Source: Azolla caroliniana
Taxonomy: Eukaryota; Plantae; Polypodiophyta
Assembly (NCBI GenBank): GCA_043228905.1
Contig: JBHGNT010000022.1
Coordinates: 4,712,001 to 4,776,000 of the forward strand
Length of the DNA: 64,000 nucleotides
Reading direction: 5' to 3'
Shown here: positions 51,901-64,000 of the stretch, piece after piece
How the letters are laid out: each line of letters starts with the position of its first letter
How positions within the stretch are numbered: the first letter of the stretch is position 1
Made by a program: the position numbers and the translations under genes
The notes under the pieces: model-generated
Told to the model about the DNA's origin: nothing
What the model saw: the letters and a program-made list of their open reading frames with translations, nothing else
Databases searched by the model: none

Positions 51901-53555
51901 TGGCCGTGGTCATCTATGAACGTCACGAGGTATTGCGATCCGGCATGTGACTTCGTTTCCACTTGACATACATCAGTATGCACCAACTCCAATGGTGCAT
52001 TACGTCTCATCGGTGGCCTCGATTGGAAGGAGGTCCGGTTTTGTTTACCGGCCAGACAATCAGTGCACTTCTCCAAGTACACGTTCTTCACTGGAATGAG
52101 GTTGTCGTCTGCAAGCCTCTTCATCCCCTTCTCGCTCATGTGACACAACCTCTTGTGCCACAACTCACCGGTAGTGTTGGAAACCATGTTCACTTCTTCC
52201 GGGCATAACCAGGCATTCATCAAGTACAACGTGTTTACCTTCCTGGCCCGAGCCATAATCAGGCTCCCTTTGCTGAACTTCATAACACCATTTCGGATGC
52301 TACCCGTGTAGCCTTCATCATCTAGCCGACTGACTAATATCAGGTTCAGACGAACCTCCGAAACGTGTTGGACATCCTTCAACAGCAGCTTGCATCCGGT
52401 TGGTATTGTCAACCACACGTCTCCTATGCCGACAATTCGGCATCTACCTTGATTCCTCATCCGGACACAGTCGTGATCACCGGCTGAGTAGGATCAGAAG
52501 CATTTCCGGTCCGGGGTAAGGTGGAACGACACTCCGGAGTTGACCACCCAGGTCATCTCGTCGCCGGCAAGGTTTAGCTCACTCTCCTCGGTGATGAGCA
52601 TCAACTCTTTTTCACTTGCCGTGATTGCCGTCGTTCCCTTCCGGTACGTTCCCCTCCGGTGTTTACCATTCTGGTCCGGTGTCCGCTTTGAATCGGTACC
52701 ATCGGTTTCCTTGTCTTTTTGGAAGTGCCGATAGTTCTTCTGGAAGTGTCCCGGCCTGCCGCAATAGAAGCAAGTAGGCCTCCCCCTTGACTTTGACCGT
52801 GTCCCCGACTTTTCCCGATTTTGGGGGCTACGGTTCCCTAAACCCTCGTATCCTTATCTTTCCGACGCGCCTCCTCATCTAGCAAGCTCGGCTTCACTCT
52901 TGCTAGGGATAACCGTTTCCCTTCCGGCCCGGCGTTGCCCAGAGCGACAATCAACGTCTCCCAGCTATCTGGGAGGGAACCGAGCAAGAGTAGTGCTAGT
53001 ACCTCATCGTCGAGAGGTGCTTCCAATGATGTTGCCTGGTGGATCAGCCCTTGGAAGGCATTCATGTGCTCAGCCATGCTGGAGCCATCTTGGTACTGGA
53101 GGCTTACTAGCTTCCGAAATACCGAAACCTGATTAACAACATTTTTGTTTTGAAACATAATGCCGATCTTCTCCCAGAGCTCATGAGCCTTGCTCTCTTC
53201 ATTGAAGTTGTTGTATAGGATCATGTCGATGAAGCACCGTATGTACGTCGTTGTCTTCATGTGCATCACCTCCCATATTGTGGCGTCGATTTTGTCCGGT
53301 CTCTTGTCCCCGAACTGAACCGGCAACCAAAGATCTTTAACCACGAGCATGTCCCTCATCTTTGACTTCCACACCGAATAGTTGGAGCCGGTGAGCTTGA
53401 ACATGCCTCCCAACGAATCATCCATTTTTCTGTGTCATTTCGCTCTGATACCACTTTGACAGGAATACATGCTCCCTAAGCACAATGCTCGGCCATAACT
53501 GAGTCTAGGATCAAACACAGAAAACGGGTAAGGTACGCATGACACAGTGAAGAGA
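48908..53555 (-). mobile_element. Ty1/Copia element (relative of 27153-32044) with truncated 5' LTR
   Basis: 3' LTR 48908-49615; PPT GGGGGAGTT; gag-pol 49626-53425; PBS TGGTATCAGAGCG at 53441-53453; only about 100 bp of the 5' LTR remain (53457-53555). Confidence 0.93.
49400..49543. repeat. 40-bp tandem repeat (about 3.6 copies) inside the Copia LTR
   Basis: TTGCCGGGTACTCGTCATCCGGTTCTCACCGGGTCTTCCG at 49400, 49440, 49480 and 49520. Confidence 0.92.
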
Positions 53556-54690
53556 GGAACTTGCCGCACAACAAGTGTTAAGGAGCCGTGAACGAGAATT
53601 GAAGACGGCGGCCGAAGCCGAATTAAAGAAGACTGTTGAGAACCTCCGCCGGGCAGAGGAGAGCCTCTGGAAAGGCCATCAAGCGTACGACCGGCTAAAA
53701 GAGGAGAAAGACAAAGTGCTGCAGGAAAAGGACAAGCTGCGGAAAACGGCGGAAACAGAGATTGAACGGCTAAAGGAAGAGCTCCGCCAGCAGAAGGACC
53801 GCGAGGACCGGGCCCGTCGTCAGATCAACGCACGGATCAAGCAAAAGACGGATGATTTTGAGCACCTGCACCGGGACTACAAACGGCTGGAAACGGAGCA
53901 TAAAGAACGGATGGCCGAGCTCCAGCAAGCAGTTGATCGGGCCGCGACGGCGATCGCCGACGAACGGGCGGAAAATACAAGATGCTTGGAAGAGGCGGAG
54001 AAGGTCCGGATGGAGCTCTAGAAGCAGCAGCAGGAAGACAAAGAGAGAGCGTCAACAGTATTGCAGAAATTACAAAGCACATATCAAAGGCAATTGACGC
54101 ATTACAAGGCGCAGGCGGAGGACAACGTCAAAATCATCAAACAATTGAAGGAGGAACGACAAGCGGCGGAAACCAAATCGCAATTGGGAACGAGCCGGAT
54201 TCAGTCCATCCTCCGGGCATGGTTGAATCAGACAAAACACTTGATTGATGAAAGCTCCGTAAAATGGTGGACAAAGTGGGCACAAAACGCGGCGGAACTC
54301 CAGTTGCTACGGGTGGATGTGGCAAACCGACGGAAGGAAGGAGATGACTGTTATATGTTGACTTCCGAGGACTTCACCGCCATATGGGACGAGCTGGCCG
54401 ACGACTTCCAAGTCCTGGCAGATGAACAGCTGGCGCAGGTCAGGCAGCTCGTAGCTCAGCTGGACGATGATAGGCTGGACGCTCAAATCCAGTTTGAAAG
54501 CTACGAGCGGTCCCGGGTGCGGGAAGAAAAAGCACGGGAAGCGACAACGGTTAACCTTAGTGATGAGGAACCGTCGCCGGCTGAGGGCCAGCCGGGAACC
54601 AGTCAACCGGAGACCACCACGACACAGGTAGCAACGACGGAGACGCCGGTGTCAGAGCCACAAACGGAGGAGCAACGGTTAATTAATGAA
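53556..54690 (+). pseudogene. Coiled-coil ORF fragment, probably the C-terminal part of a retroelement ORF3
   Basis: E/K/R-rich heptad-like ORFs 53575-54021 and 54061-54720 are in one frame split by a TAG; the T/P/E-rich tail resembles minus-strand ORF 48538-48897. Confidence 0.55.
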
Positions 54691-54899
54691 AGCTTAAGTG
54701 TTGTTATCTTTCTGTGTTAATTGCCGTTCTATCTTAATTGTTATATCTTATGCGTGTGTTATGAAAGACGATCATAATAAGTAACTTAACCAAGTAGGAT
54801 TAAGCGTTGAAGTCTAATCTAGTTGCCGTAACACCCTTTGGTGAAGTGTCTCCCGTAGACACCCTATGTTAGGCCATTGTCCGGCCCGAAGAGTTAACA

Positions 54900-57800
54900 T
54901 CTAGTGCTTCAGGGTGGGAAGGTGCCTACGCGACTCTGATGTATCCATCCAAGCCTTTCTCCACGAGCCATCGACGCAAGGCGGTAGAAATGGGTATCGG
55001 CATAGTCCGATGGTTAGGCTCGTGGCTAATGGGTGAGGACTGATGGCTATGGCGAACTTGAGCTCTGTGAGAGGATGGAGAAGAGGGTGAGGGAGGGGAG
55101 CGATGAGAGCGATGAGAGTTAGAAGGTTGGTTTCTATACTGTGCAGGAAACCTTCTATTTCCTTCTTTTTGTGGCCTAGGGTTCATTGGTCGGTGAGCCA
55201 TCGTGGTGCCTCGTGTTCTTGGCCTAGAAGTTTGTGCATGCCTTATGTCCTTTTAATAGTGTCGCTATCTTCTCTTCTTCTTCTTCTTTTTCGTAACGGT
55301 TACTTACAATATTCTTTTTACACTCTAGTACAAGTGGAGCCCTATACTTACTCCGCAGATTCCCCGGCTTTGTCCTGTCCGGCGGGGAACGGGTTAGGTG
55401 GCGTAGGTCCTAGATAAGGTTTAAGGCGAAACCCATTCAGTTTTTGTCTTAACACTTCCCCGGCCAACGTACCCTATTCTGCTCCAACTATCCAGTACGG
55501 GCCTGTCCAGCGGAATCTTAATTTTCCTGGCATTTGCCCCATGCGTGTTTGAAAAACTAAGACCGCTTTCAAACCGTAAAATCTTTTTCTCACGCATGTT
55601 GGTGTCAGTCCACGAATGCTTTGCGTTGCCGTTGTTCCTGCTCCAATATGGCCATACTACGTAACCGTGTTTCACCTAGCTTAAGTAGTTGTAAATATAT
55701 TTGCTCCGATTTGCCCTCTAGTAGTCGGGCTCGTACTTGAATCTGTAGACTAGGTACCTGGAATTCGACTGGCATCACGGCCTCCAGCCCAAATGCTAGC
55801 CTGAAAGGCATTGATTGTATGTTGGTCTTATAGTTGGTACGGTATGACCATAATGCGTTGTGCAATTTGGAAAAGATCTAGTGGCAACACTGGTCGGTGT
55901 GGCATTCTCGCGACATCCATGGGCTAGCCCAGTCGTTGACATAAATCGCACTATCTGCAATATTCATACGCATCCTTTTGCGTAGTCAGCCACCAAAGTC
56001 CCGCTTGCCAGATTTTCCGGGCTATAACATCACCCGCGTAATGTCCTCCTGCCATACCATAGTGGGCTTCGCGTAGAACCACAACCTTCTTATCATGCCG
56101 TATTCTGCGCCTCCACATGCCATCACTGCCTTTGTGGTATAGGATGTCTTCGACTAAATAGAAATTTCGACTCTGTACGGCCAACCGTTTTTTCTCGTCC
56201 GTCTGTAATTGGGGTGGCGGTAACCTCGTGGTCAGGAAGTAGGTCATTTCCATCAGCCACCGATCTGGAAAAGTCTTTTCCGTTTGTTCTGCTAGAGTTG
56301 CTACACGCAGAATGTCTGCGTCCGGAAAGTCGTCGTCATCCTTTTGCGTCGTTTCTCCATTATCTAGTCTGCTCAAGAAATCTGCCACCACGTGTTGTGT
56401 ACCCGGTCGGTGCGGAATTACAAAGTCAAATTCTTGGAGCAACAGCATCCATTTAGCCAATTTCCCCGTCAGCGCTTGTTTCCCTACCAAATATAGCAAT
56501 GTCGTATGATCCACGTGAAACGTGAATTTCTGCCCTAGCAGATAATGCTGGAACTTATTGATGTTGTATATCATACCCAACACTTCACGTTCCGCTGTGG
56601 AATAGTTATGCTCAGCCGTTGATAGTTTATGACTAGCGTAGTACACTGGTCGGTACCAATTCGGCTCCATGAGTTGCATTAGCGCACTACCTATTGTTAT
56701 GTCTGAGGCATCCACAAACACGTGGAATGGTTTTGCCCAAACTGGTGGTTGTACGACGGGTACCTGCGTTAGCATTATCTTTAGCGCATCATACGCCTTC
56801 TCTTCTGTTGCTGTCCATTTGAAAGGAGTACGATGAACGGTGGCATGTAATGGCGTGGTGAAGTTCGCCAAATAGCGTATCATCCGACTGTGCCATCGTA
56901 TTTGTCCCAGAAAATGGCTGAGTGCTTTCGCGTTTGTCGGTGTTTTCACGTGAGTAATCGCGGAGATTTTGTTCAGATCGACTGCTATCCCTTCCTTACT
57001 GACTATGTGGCCGAGGAGAGCCCCGTTGGTAACGCCGAAGGCGCATTTGGAAGGATTTAGACTTAAGCGTGCGGTTCGGCAACGCTCCAAGCAAAGCTAT
57101 AGATGCGAAAAATGGTCGGTTGTTGTCCCATATATTGCAAAATTGTCTAAAAAAGCCTACATGAAGGCTGGTATATATTCCCCAAAAATCTCCATGATTA
57201 TCCGTTGAAATGTAGCCGACGCCGTTTTTAGCCCGAACATCATGACGACTGCGACATAGACTCCCCAGTCCATGACAAACGTCGTCTTCTCTTGGTCGTC
57301 GGGGTGCATGCGTACTTAATTGTACCCACTAAAGCCATCTAAAAAGTTGTACACGGCATGCCCTGTGACGGCGTCCAGTACGCTGTCGATGAACGGTAAA
57401 GGGAATGCGTCGGTTATGGTTATGGCGCTCAATTTCCCGTAGTCCACGCATACACGTATGTTGACATTTTTCTTTGGTACGACTACTAACGGGCTTAACC
57501 ATGTAGCTTGTTTGACTAGTCGAATGAATCGGGCCTTGAGGAGTTTGTCAATTTCTTCTTTTACGCGAGCCGCGTAGTTTGGGTTCATGCGGTATCGACG
57601 TTGCTGGACCGGTTTCGCATCGGTCGCTAAATTGATCCTATATTGATAGAACTTCGGATGTAACCCCTTCATGTCCTCGTGGGACCAGGCGAACACATCT
57701 TTATACTTCCTGAGTAGTGCTATCATCGCGTCTCTCTGATCCGTCAGTAATTCTTTTGTGATGGAGAGGAATCGGGGTTCTGACGTCGTACCCACGTTTA

Positions 57801-60790
57801 CTTCTTCTAGGGCTGAGGCACTGACTCGTCGTGAAATTTCCATTTCCCTCTCGAACGCTGCCAATGCCCTGCTTAGTTCTAATATTGCCTCTGGGTCTGG
57901 TTCGTAAGCCTCGTCGTGGAGCGTAGTGGGCGTGGCATACTCCGTTGCGGTTTCTATGACATCGATTTCGAATAGCGGAATGATCCGGGGGTGCTCGTCT
58001 AGGTATACTTCTAATTTTGTATCATCCACCCCAGCTAGCATATTTATATCCTCCGCATATAACGATGTTATGCCCTTGGGTTGTGCCGCCATTTCCTCTG
58101 TTGGTACGTGAACCTTGGTGCGTCCACATCGAAAGTTGATGCACTTATGTTGCCAGCTCTGCTTGATATTCGTTGAACGAAGCCACGGTCTGCCCAGCAG
58201 CATAGGATACGCTCTTGGGGCGTTGAGGGCGAGGACTACCGCCGAGACGTCGAAGAAATCTCCTCCAACGATAATTCCTAACTTGGCTGTACTGAGCTGG
58301 TATCGGCCATGCGAAGCCAAAATGGGCAAGCTTCCCATTCTGAAATTCCCAATAGTTCGCATGTCTTCACGCTAATTACATTGACGCCAAAGCCGCCATC
58401 GATTACGCATCCTGTGATTTCCTGACCATGTAATATCAACTTAATAGCCGGATTGTGGTGATCCACCACTGTTGGTTTGGCGCTGATGTCCGTAAAATTG
58501 GCGGAGACGCTTACCCCACGTCTGCCCATTATACGATCCTCCACACCCTGGCGGAACCATGGGACTAGCTGGAAAAGGTTCTCCATGGTTAGCGTTAACT
58601 CACAGCCTGCCAGTGCTTGTCATATGGAATCCGAAGATATTACATCTTCCTCTGAAGGCTCCATCGTGTTCGCGGACTCCTTTCGCATGCGTTCCGTATT
58701 CTCCGCGTTTGCTTTTTCAACCCATGCTTGGGCCGTTGGACGTATCTCATCTTGCGCGGCCCAATCAACATTTTCTGTTTGCTGTTGTGTTGTGACTTGC
58801 TGCACTTCCGCCGTAATCGTATTGTCAGTGGGCCCCTTACCCTTGCATAATGGCCATTGTGTGGCATAATGTCCGGGTTATTGGCAAACAAAACAATGGA
58901 TGCTAGATTCGCCTTTCTCAGCAACTGGTGGTGTGTGTTGATCCCTAGGTGTGACTTGCTCCTCCTGGTCCTTATTCGTTCTTCGGAGTGTACGCAGTGG
59001 TTGTTGTTGGTCCCGGCGCGGTTCCTGGCACCAGTCATCATCCGAACTTTCGTTGTACCGTCGTTGGTCCTGATACTAACGATGTTTTCTGTGAGGACCA
59101 TTGAAGCCGCCACGTTTGTTCGTCGGACGGTAATTCTCGTAGCGTCGGCCCCCTTTAGTATTTCTGTGGTTGCCACAGTAGTCTTCATCCTCCGGCTCGT
59201 CTTCCTCGGAATCGTTGTTATTCCGGCGATTCCAATAGTGCTGGTCATCGCATGGGTTCCGATCCATATACCGGGGTCGTTCTTCTTGGCGCCTTTGATC
59301 ATTACGGCGAGGTGGTCGTTGTGTTTTGACGCTTCGTACTGTGGGTGTGGGTCTGTTCAACATATTGTACTCATGCTGCTCGACCGTGTGTGCTTTCGAG
59401 TGACAGATTGGGCAATGGATTTGCATGTTGCATTCCACTACGGAATGTCCAAAACTGAGGCAAATCATACACTGGATTGCCTGGCGAAAATGTCGTTCCT
59501 CGTCCTGAGGTAACACTTGTCGTAATGAGGACATAGAAAACCTTTCCTCTTCTTCGTCCTATGACCATATCAGTTGTTTCTCCTTTCACGCTATTGTTGT
59601 TGAGTGTCGTTCGTATTAGTTGTTGTAAGGCTGCCAGAAATTTCTCCCAAGCCTCATCCTCTAGCGGGCCCCATTCTAATTTCCGCCGCTGATTTTGGAA
59701 GCGTAAACTGAAGTCCACGACAGTTTAGGCTGGCAACTGTTTGATTGTATACAACTGCTCGAGGATTTTGTGTTGCGGTACCCTCCGATGAAAGAACCAC
59801 AAAAAGGCCAATTGCAGTTGGTCAAAGGTCGTGATTGCTAGTAGATCCATCTGCGAATGCCAAAACACAGCTCTACCACCCAACGTTAATCCAAACTCTA
59901 TCATTTTGGACTGGTGTGCTACCTCTTCTGGAAGTCTCTGCACCATGTGATTCACATTCCAGACATTCAGGAACGGGCGAATGTGGGTTGCGGCGTCTGT
60001 TTCACCATTGAAGCGGGGATAGGAGAAGGCCATGCTCGACCCTACGGTGGGCAGGGGAAGACCACAGTACTTGTGTGATGACGGAATTGCCTGCGTGTCG
60101 CCGGGGTATTTGGTGAGCGGGAAGGTGATTTTGTGGTTCTGACAGATATCACTGAGGTCACTAAGGCGAGGTTTTTGCCTTGCGCGTTCCTCTGCCTAGC
60201 GTTTGATGGACCTTGTGACTGGTCGGCCGTGTCGTGTTGGTTCTCTGGGATGTCTACGGCTAAACATCCATTCGTCGTTGTTCGTCTACGAGAAGACACA
60301 GATCACCAGGCATGTCAAACATGTTACCGATTAGGAACACTGTCTACGGTCAGTCCTTCGACGTAGACCTCAAGGTGACTACGTTGCAAGGAATGGTACC
60401 ATCGTACCGTAATACGTAATGGGATACTTCCCCGTATCCTAGTAGCGGATAAGGGGAGACGGCTACAACCGAATTCCTTAGGAAGTGCACTTAGTATCTG
60501 CACTTACGCCTACACCTTTACGATTACAATCCGCCATAGAGAACAAGGAACACAGTATATAGAACCACAAATATGCACAGAAATCAGAGAAGATAGTATT
60601 CTATTAGAGTAATGCTCTATGCATCAGAAACACATGCTACCTCTTACAGAGGATTTCTGCCCTTTATATACCCAGGGTCTTTTAGCCATTCACGCTTCCC
60701 GCGTGAACCGTTACATGTGTTTCTTACACTTTTACTATATTCTAATATTTATGCGCTTCTGTCTGTCGGTCACTATTCCAACGGACAACA
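54900..60790 (-). mobile_element. Athila/Tat-like Gypsy element: 5' LTR, gag, PR, RT, RH, INT (partly deleted) and start of ORF3
   Basis: LTR 60322-60790; MAFSYPRFNGETD; CMICLSFGH..C..CPICHSKAH; protease VIDGGFGVNV; FLDGFSGYN; FVDASD; GHYAG..WW. Confidence 0.92.
60322..60790 (-). repeat. 5' LTR of the minus-strand Athila/Tat-like element
   Basis: TGTTACCG...GGACAACA on the plus strand; homologous to 48068-48490; degenerate PBS adjacent at about 60304-60317. Confidence 0.88.
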
Positions 60791-61014
60791 TATTCTCCTT
60801 GTTAATATACACCTTCTTCTTGAATACTTTAGTTTCTCTTGTCTATCTTGTGTTCCTCACCTCTCCTCTCCTCTCCTCTTCACACACACACATACACATA
60901 CATCTCTTCCGTTGCATAGAATCACTTCTGATTCTTTACTTATACATTACACATATACAACAACCCCTTTATCACGTTTTACCCTTATACTGCCTGGTAC
61001 ACTCCTACGGGTAA

Positions 61015-61570
61015 CACTAATTAGCTAAGCAGTATAAAGTGTGGTAGCTTATTAGCTACTTCATGAAGTGTAGAAGCTAATTACCTATTGCCAATCTATA
61101 GTTAGCCGCTAATTAGCTAAGGTTGTAGAAAAACAAATTATAGCTAATTAGTTATAGTAGTTAAAAAGTGGTAGGTAATTAGCTACTTCGTGAAGTGTAG
61201 AAGCTAATTAGTTACTACCAATCTATAGTGTTGTAGCTAATTAGCTAAGTTGTAGAAAAGCAGTAGCTAATTAGCTATAGTAGTAAACTTTATATCAGCT
61301 AATTAGCTACTTCGAAGGTTATTACCTATTGCCAAACTATAGTGTGGTAGCTAATTAGCTATAGTAAGCTACAATAGTACAATAGTCGTAGCTAATTAGC
61401 TACTTCATGAAGGGTAGAAGCTAATTAGCTATTGCACAACAATAGTGTAGTAGCTAATTAGCTAAGATGGTAGAAAAGCACAAAAGTGTAGTGGCTAAAT
61501 AGCTTCGTAGAAGTAGCTAAACACTTACAGAGAAGTATGGAATACCTAAAGAGAGTCCGCTAATTAGCTG
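61015..61570. repeat. Minisatellite built on the palindrome AGCTAATTAGCT
   Basis: About 15 exact or near-exact copies, mostly about 28-35 bp apart, with a larger ~125-bp repeating unit. Confidence 0.88.
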
Positions 61571-62705
61571 ACACATGTTGTTGTGGAACCTCGTGGATTA
61601 ACTCACTTGCATGAGGTGTCTGGTCGAGATGATGTTGCAACCGATGAGGAGATATTTGGCAATGTGGCTGAGAGTAAGAGTTCTTCTATCACATCTCCTT
61701 CAAATCAGCTTCACCCTCTTCTTTTGGAAGATTGTACTGAATTAGGCAATGTTGTGAAAAGAAATGAAATACTCGACCCAACGTGTAAATCTGAGGTTCA
61801 TAAGATTAGTGTTTTTGAACACTTGATGCAACATTTCTTCGACTCCTGGAACCTTGAATCAACCCCACCGAGCCCCAGCTACTGATGATGTCCCACCAGA
61901 TTGCACTCTTCTTGAAGAGCTAGTGCAAGACGCGGCTGATGCGCAAGAAGTCGTTGAGGCTCTAGATAGGTTGTCAAAGGACGAAACACTGACGAGACTT
62001 TTGTGCGCGGATGCGTATACGGTGCGGGTTGGACGCGCGCGTGCGTGGATGCGTACACTACTACGTGGTCGAGACTTTTGCGCGCTGACGCGTCTACGGT
62101 TTGGTTGCGACGCACATACGGATTGCGCACGGGCTAAACTTTATGGATGATTGTGTCATTTGGCCGAATTATACGGACAATCGCATGCAACCAAAAGCCA
62201 AGGCCATACAACTAAAAGTAAAAAGGCATGCATGTAAAAATGGAAGCATGCGACTAAAAGCAGAGGCCATGCAACTAAAAATACAGGCCATCAAACTAAA
62301 AGTGGGCATGCAAAGTAACATTGGGGGGGAGGATCAACGAGGAGCTCGATATATGTCCCATTTTTTTTCCCTCCTAGTTTTTTTCTTTTCTTTTCTTTTT
62401 TTTCCCCTTCTTTCTTCTTCCCTCTCGGATTCGAGAAGAAAATTATCTCACATATTGATATCAAACTCTTAGCTTTGTTTACTTGATCTTTCTTATAAAA
62501 AAATTATCTCTCGTATTCATATCGGACCACTCCTTGCATGGTTGTTGGCTCCTTTCTTTGAAAAACTGATCTCTCATTTCCATACCCAACCCATTGTAAC
62601 ACGATTCTGAAATTATAAAGAATCGATTTTCTTTTGCAATAAACAAATGATTTGTCTCTCCCACTTGTCTTATGCTTAAAACTTGCTTGTGTTGTACGTG
62701 TTGCA

Positions 62706-64000
62706 CTAAATCCTTCTAGTCCAGAACCCCGGCGGTTCCACCTCACGATCCGCACATAGTGACGGATTTTCACGACACCAGGCCGTCTCCAGTTCATCGG
62801 TTGTGACGAGCAACCGCTCCGTTTGCGCTCTTTCCTCTGCCTCTATGCATCCGACTACTCCGGCAATTTGTTCTCCTATCCACCGGAGCCATTGGCTGCC
62901 GGTGCACTGTTGTTGCGCTTGCACGGAGAGTTGGCTGATGGGTTCACTCGCCGGGGGCTGGTCCTGCCTTACTGCGTCGAGCTGCGCTTCTAGTTCTGCC
63001 AGCTAACCACTTTGTCGTTCCGGCACTGAGTGTGTTTCGGCTAGTCGTCCCTTGTCTGCTTGTTCTTGGCCGGCTAGGAAGGTTGGCCTTTGTATATCCG
63101 ACTCTTGAGTTACGGGGCTTGCCGGTGCTGCCTGTTGTGCAGGGACTTCTGTGACTGGTTCCCTCCGAACCATTTCCAGTACCTCCCTTGGCGTGGGATG
63201 CTCAGCGTGAGTTGTGGGCGTTCCATCCTTCTGTGGGTCCGAACGCTTCTCGGTTGATTTTGCGATGCTCTTCACCGGCCGCCGTTGGAGGTGGTCTGTG
63301 GGTTCTTCCTCCATTTCCTCCGCCTGAGTCCCGACATTCATTCTTGCCGCCAGGGTGTCCATTTCCTGTTGCACCGGTCGGTGGAGTGGGCTCTTCACGG
63401 GCCGTGCCGGTGTCTCCTCGCTTGCATCCGTCGACCGCTTTCGGCTGGCGCGCTCCTTTGCCGCCTTCTCTGCGTCGGTTGTCTTCCCTTTAGTGGTCTT
63501 GGAAGCCAACAGTTGTTGCCGTTTCGAAGCAGGTTTCGGGGTGCCGTCCGTTGCTCTTCCCCGCTTCTTGGTTTGGACGGGCTCGACCGGTGGCGCCAAT
63601 AGGGTGAGCCATTGCGTCACCACATGCCATATTTTCCGGCCTTCCTTGCCGTCCTTTCCTCTTACTATATCAATCGTCGTACACAGCCCGTCGGCGATCA
63701 ACACCGGCCAATCCACCTTGACCCCTTCGTACGTTGCGATGATCAAGCCTGCTCAGTTCTGAGGCATGACGGGGGGTCGAGGGTACACGTGGCCAAACTC
63801 ATGGAGCACACGGGCAATTTCGCGAAATAGCATATCTTCGCCGCCCTCTGTCCTGTAGCCCTTGCTGGCGACAGAGTACTCACCGAAATATTTGATGAGC
63901 TGCTCGGAGGTCGGATTATCGATCGTGTAGATGCCTCCCTCCGGAAGGCCTATTAACGCACGGATTGCCTCCTCCGTGATCACTTCTGTGCCGATTTCTT
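62706..64000 (-). pseudogene. Diverged homologue of the retroelement ORF3, running off the window end
   Basis: LIKYFGEYSVASKGYRTE..LFREIARVL..MPQN*AGLIIATYEGVKVDW aligns by eye with LQRYFGAYSASTKPYRTK..FFREIAKFM..MPKQKAGIIIDTFEGCAVDS of 42312-43268. Confidence 0.7.

Noticed and set aside
61015-61570. CRISPR-like array of short palindromes with spacers
   Set aside because: The repeat is only 12 bp, the spacers are related to each other, the context is eukaryotic and there are no cas genes.
61583-62472. Possible host gene exons
   Set aside because: No recognisable domain, no convincing splice structure, short ORFs with non-ATG starts; left unannotated.

Overview
This window is a gene-free, heterochromatin-like stretch of a land-plant genome. 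The retroelement lineages suggest a non-seed plant such as a bryophyte or fern, which is an inference. It is almost entirely a nest of decayed LTR retrotransposons: three copies of a tRNA-Trp-primed Ty3/Gypsy family, one chromovirus, several Athila/Tat-like Gypsy pieces with an extra ORF, two near-complete tRNA-iMet-primed Ty1/Copia elements, and several Copia fragments. Small satellites and a possible MITE are also present. The stand-out is a 6,988-bp cut-and-paste DNA transposon at 32575-39562, with perfect 32-bp TIRs and a 4-bp CTCC target-site duplication. It carries an intact 846-aa Sola-like DDD transposase with a BAH-like C-terminus. Divergently, it carries a six-exon gene for a ParB-like domain fused to a beta-class amino (N4-cytosine/N6-adenine) DNA methyltransferase of prokaryotic type. 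Other notable features are tRNA-like Pol III modules inside LTRs, a conserved G-GAU-UUU -1 frameshift placed after the protease, and a large inversion between nested, oppositely oriented elements that can be reconstructed from an inverted TSD. All calls come from reading the sequence by eye; no database searches were run.
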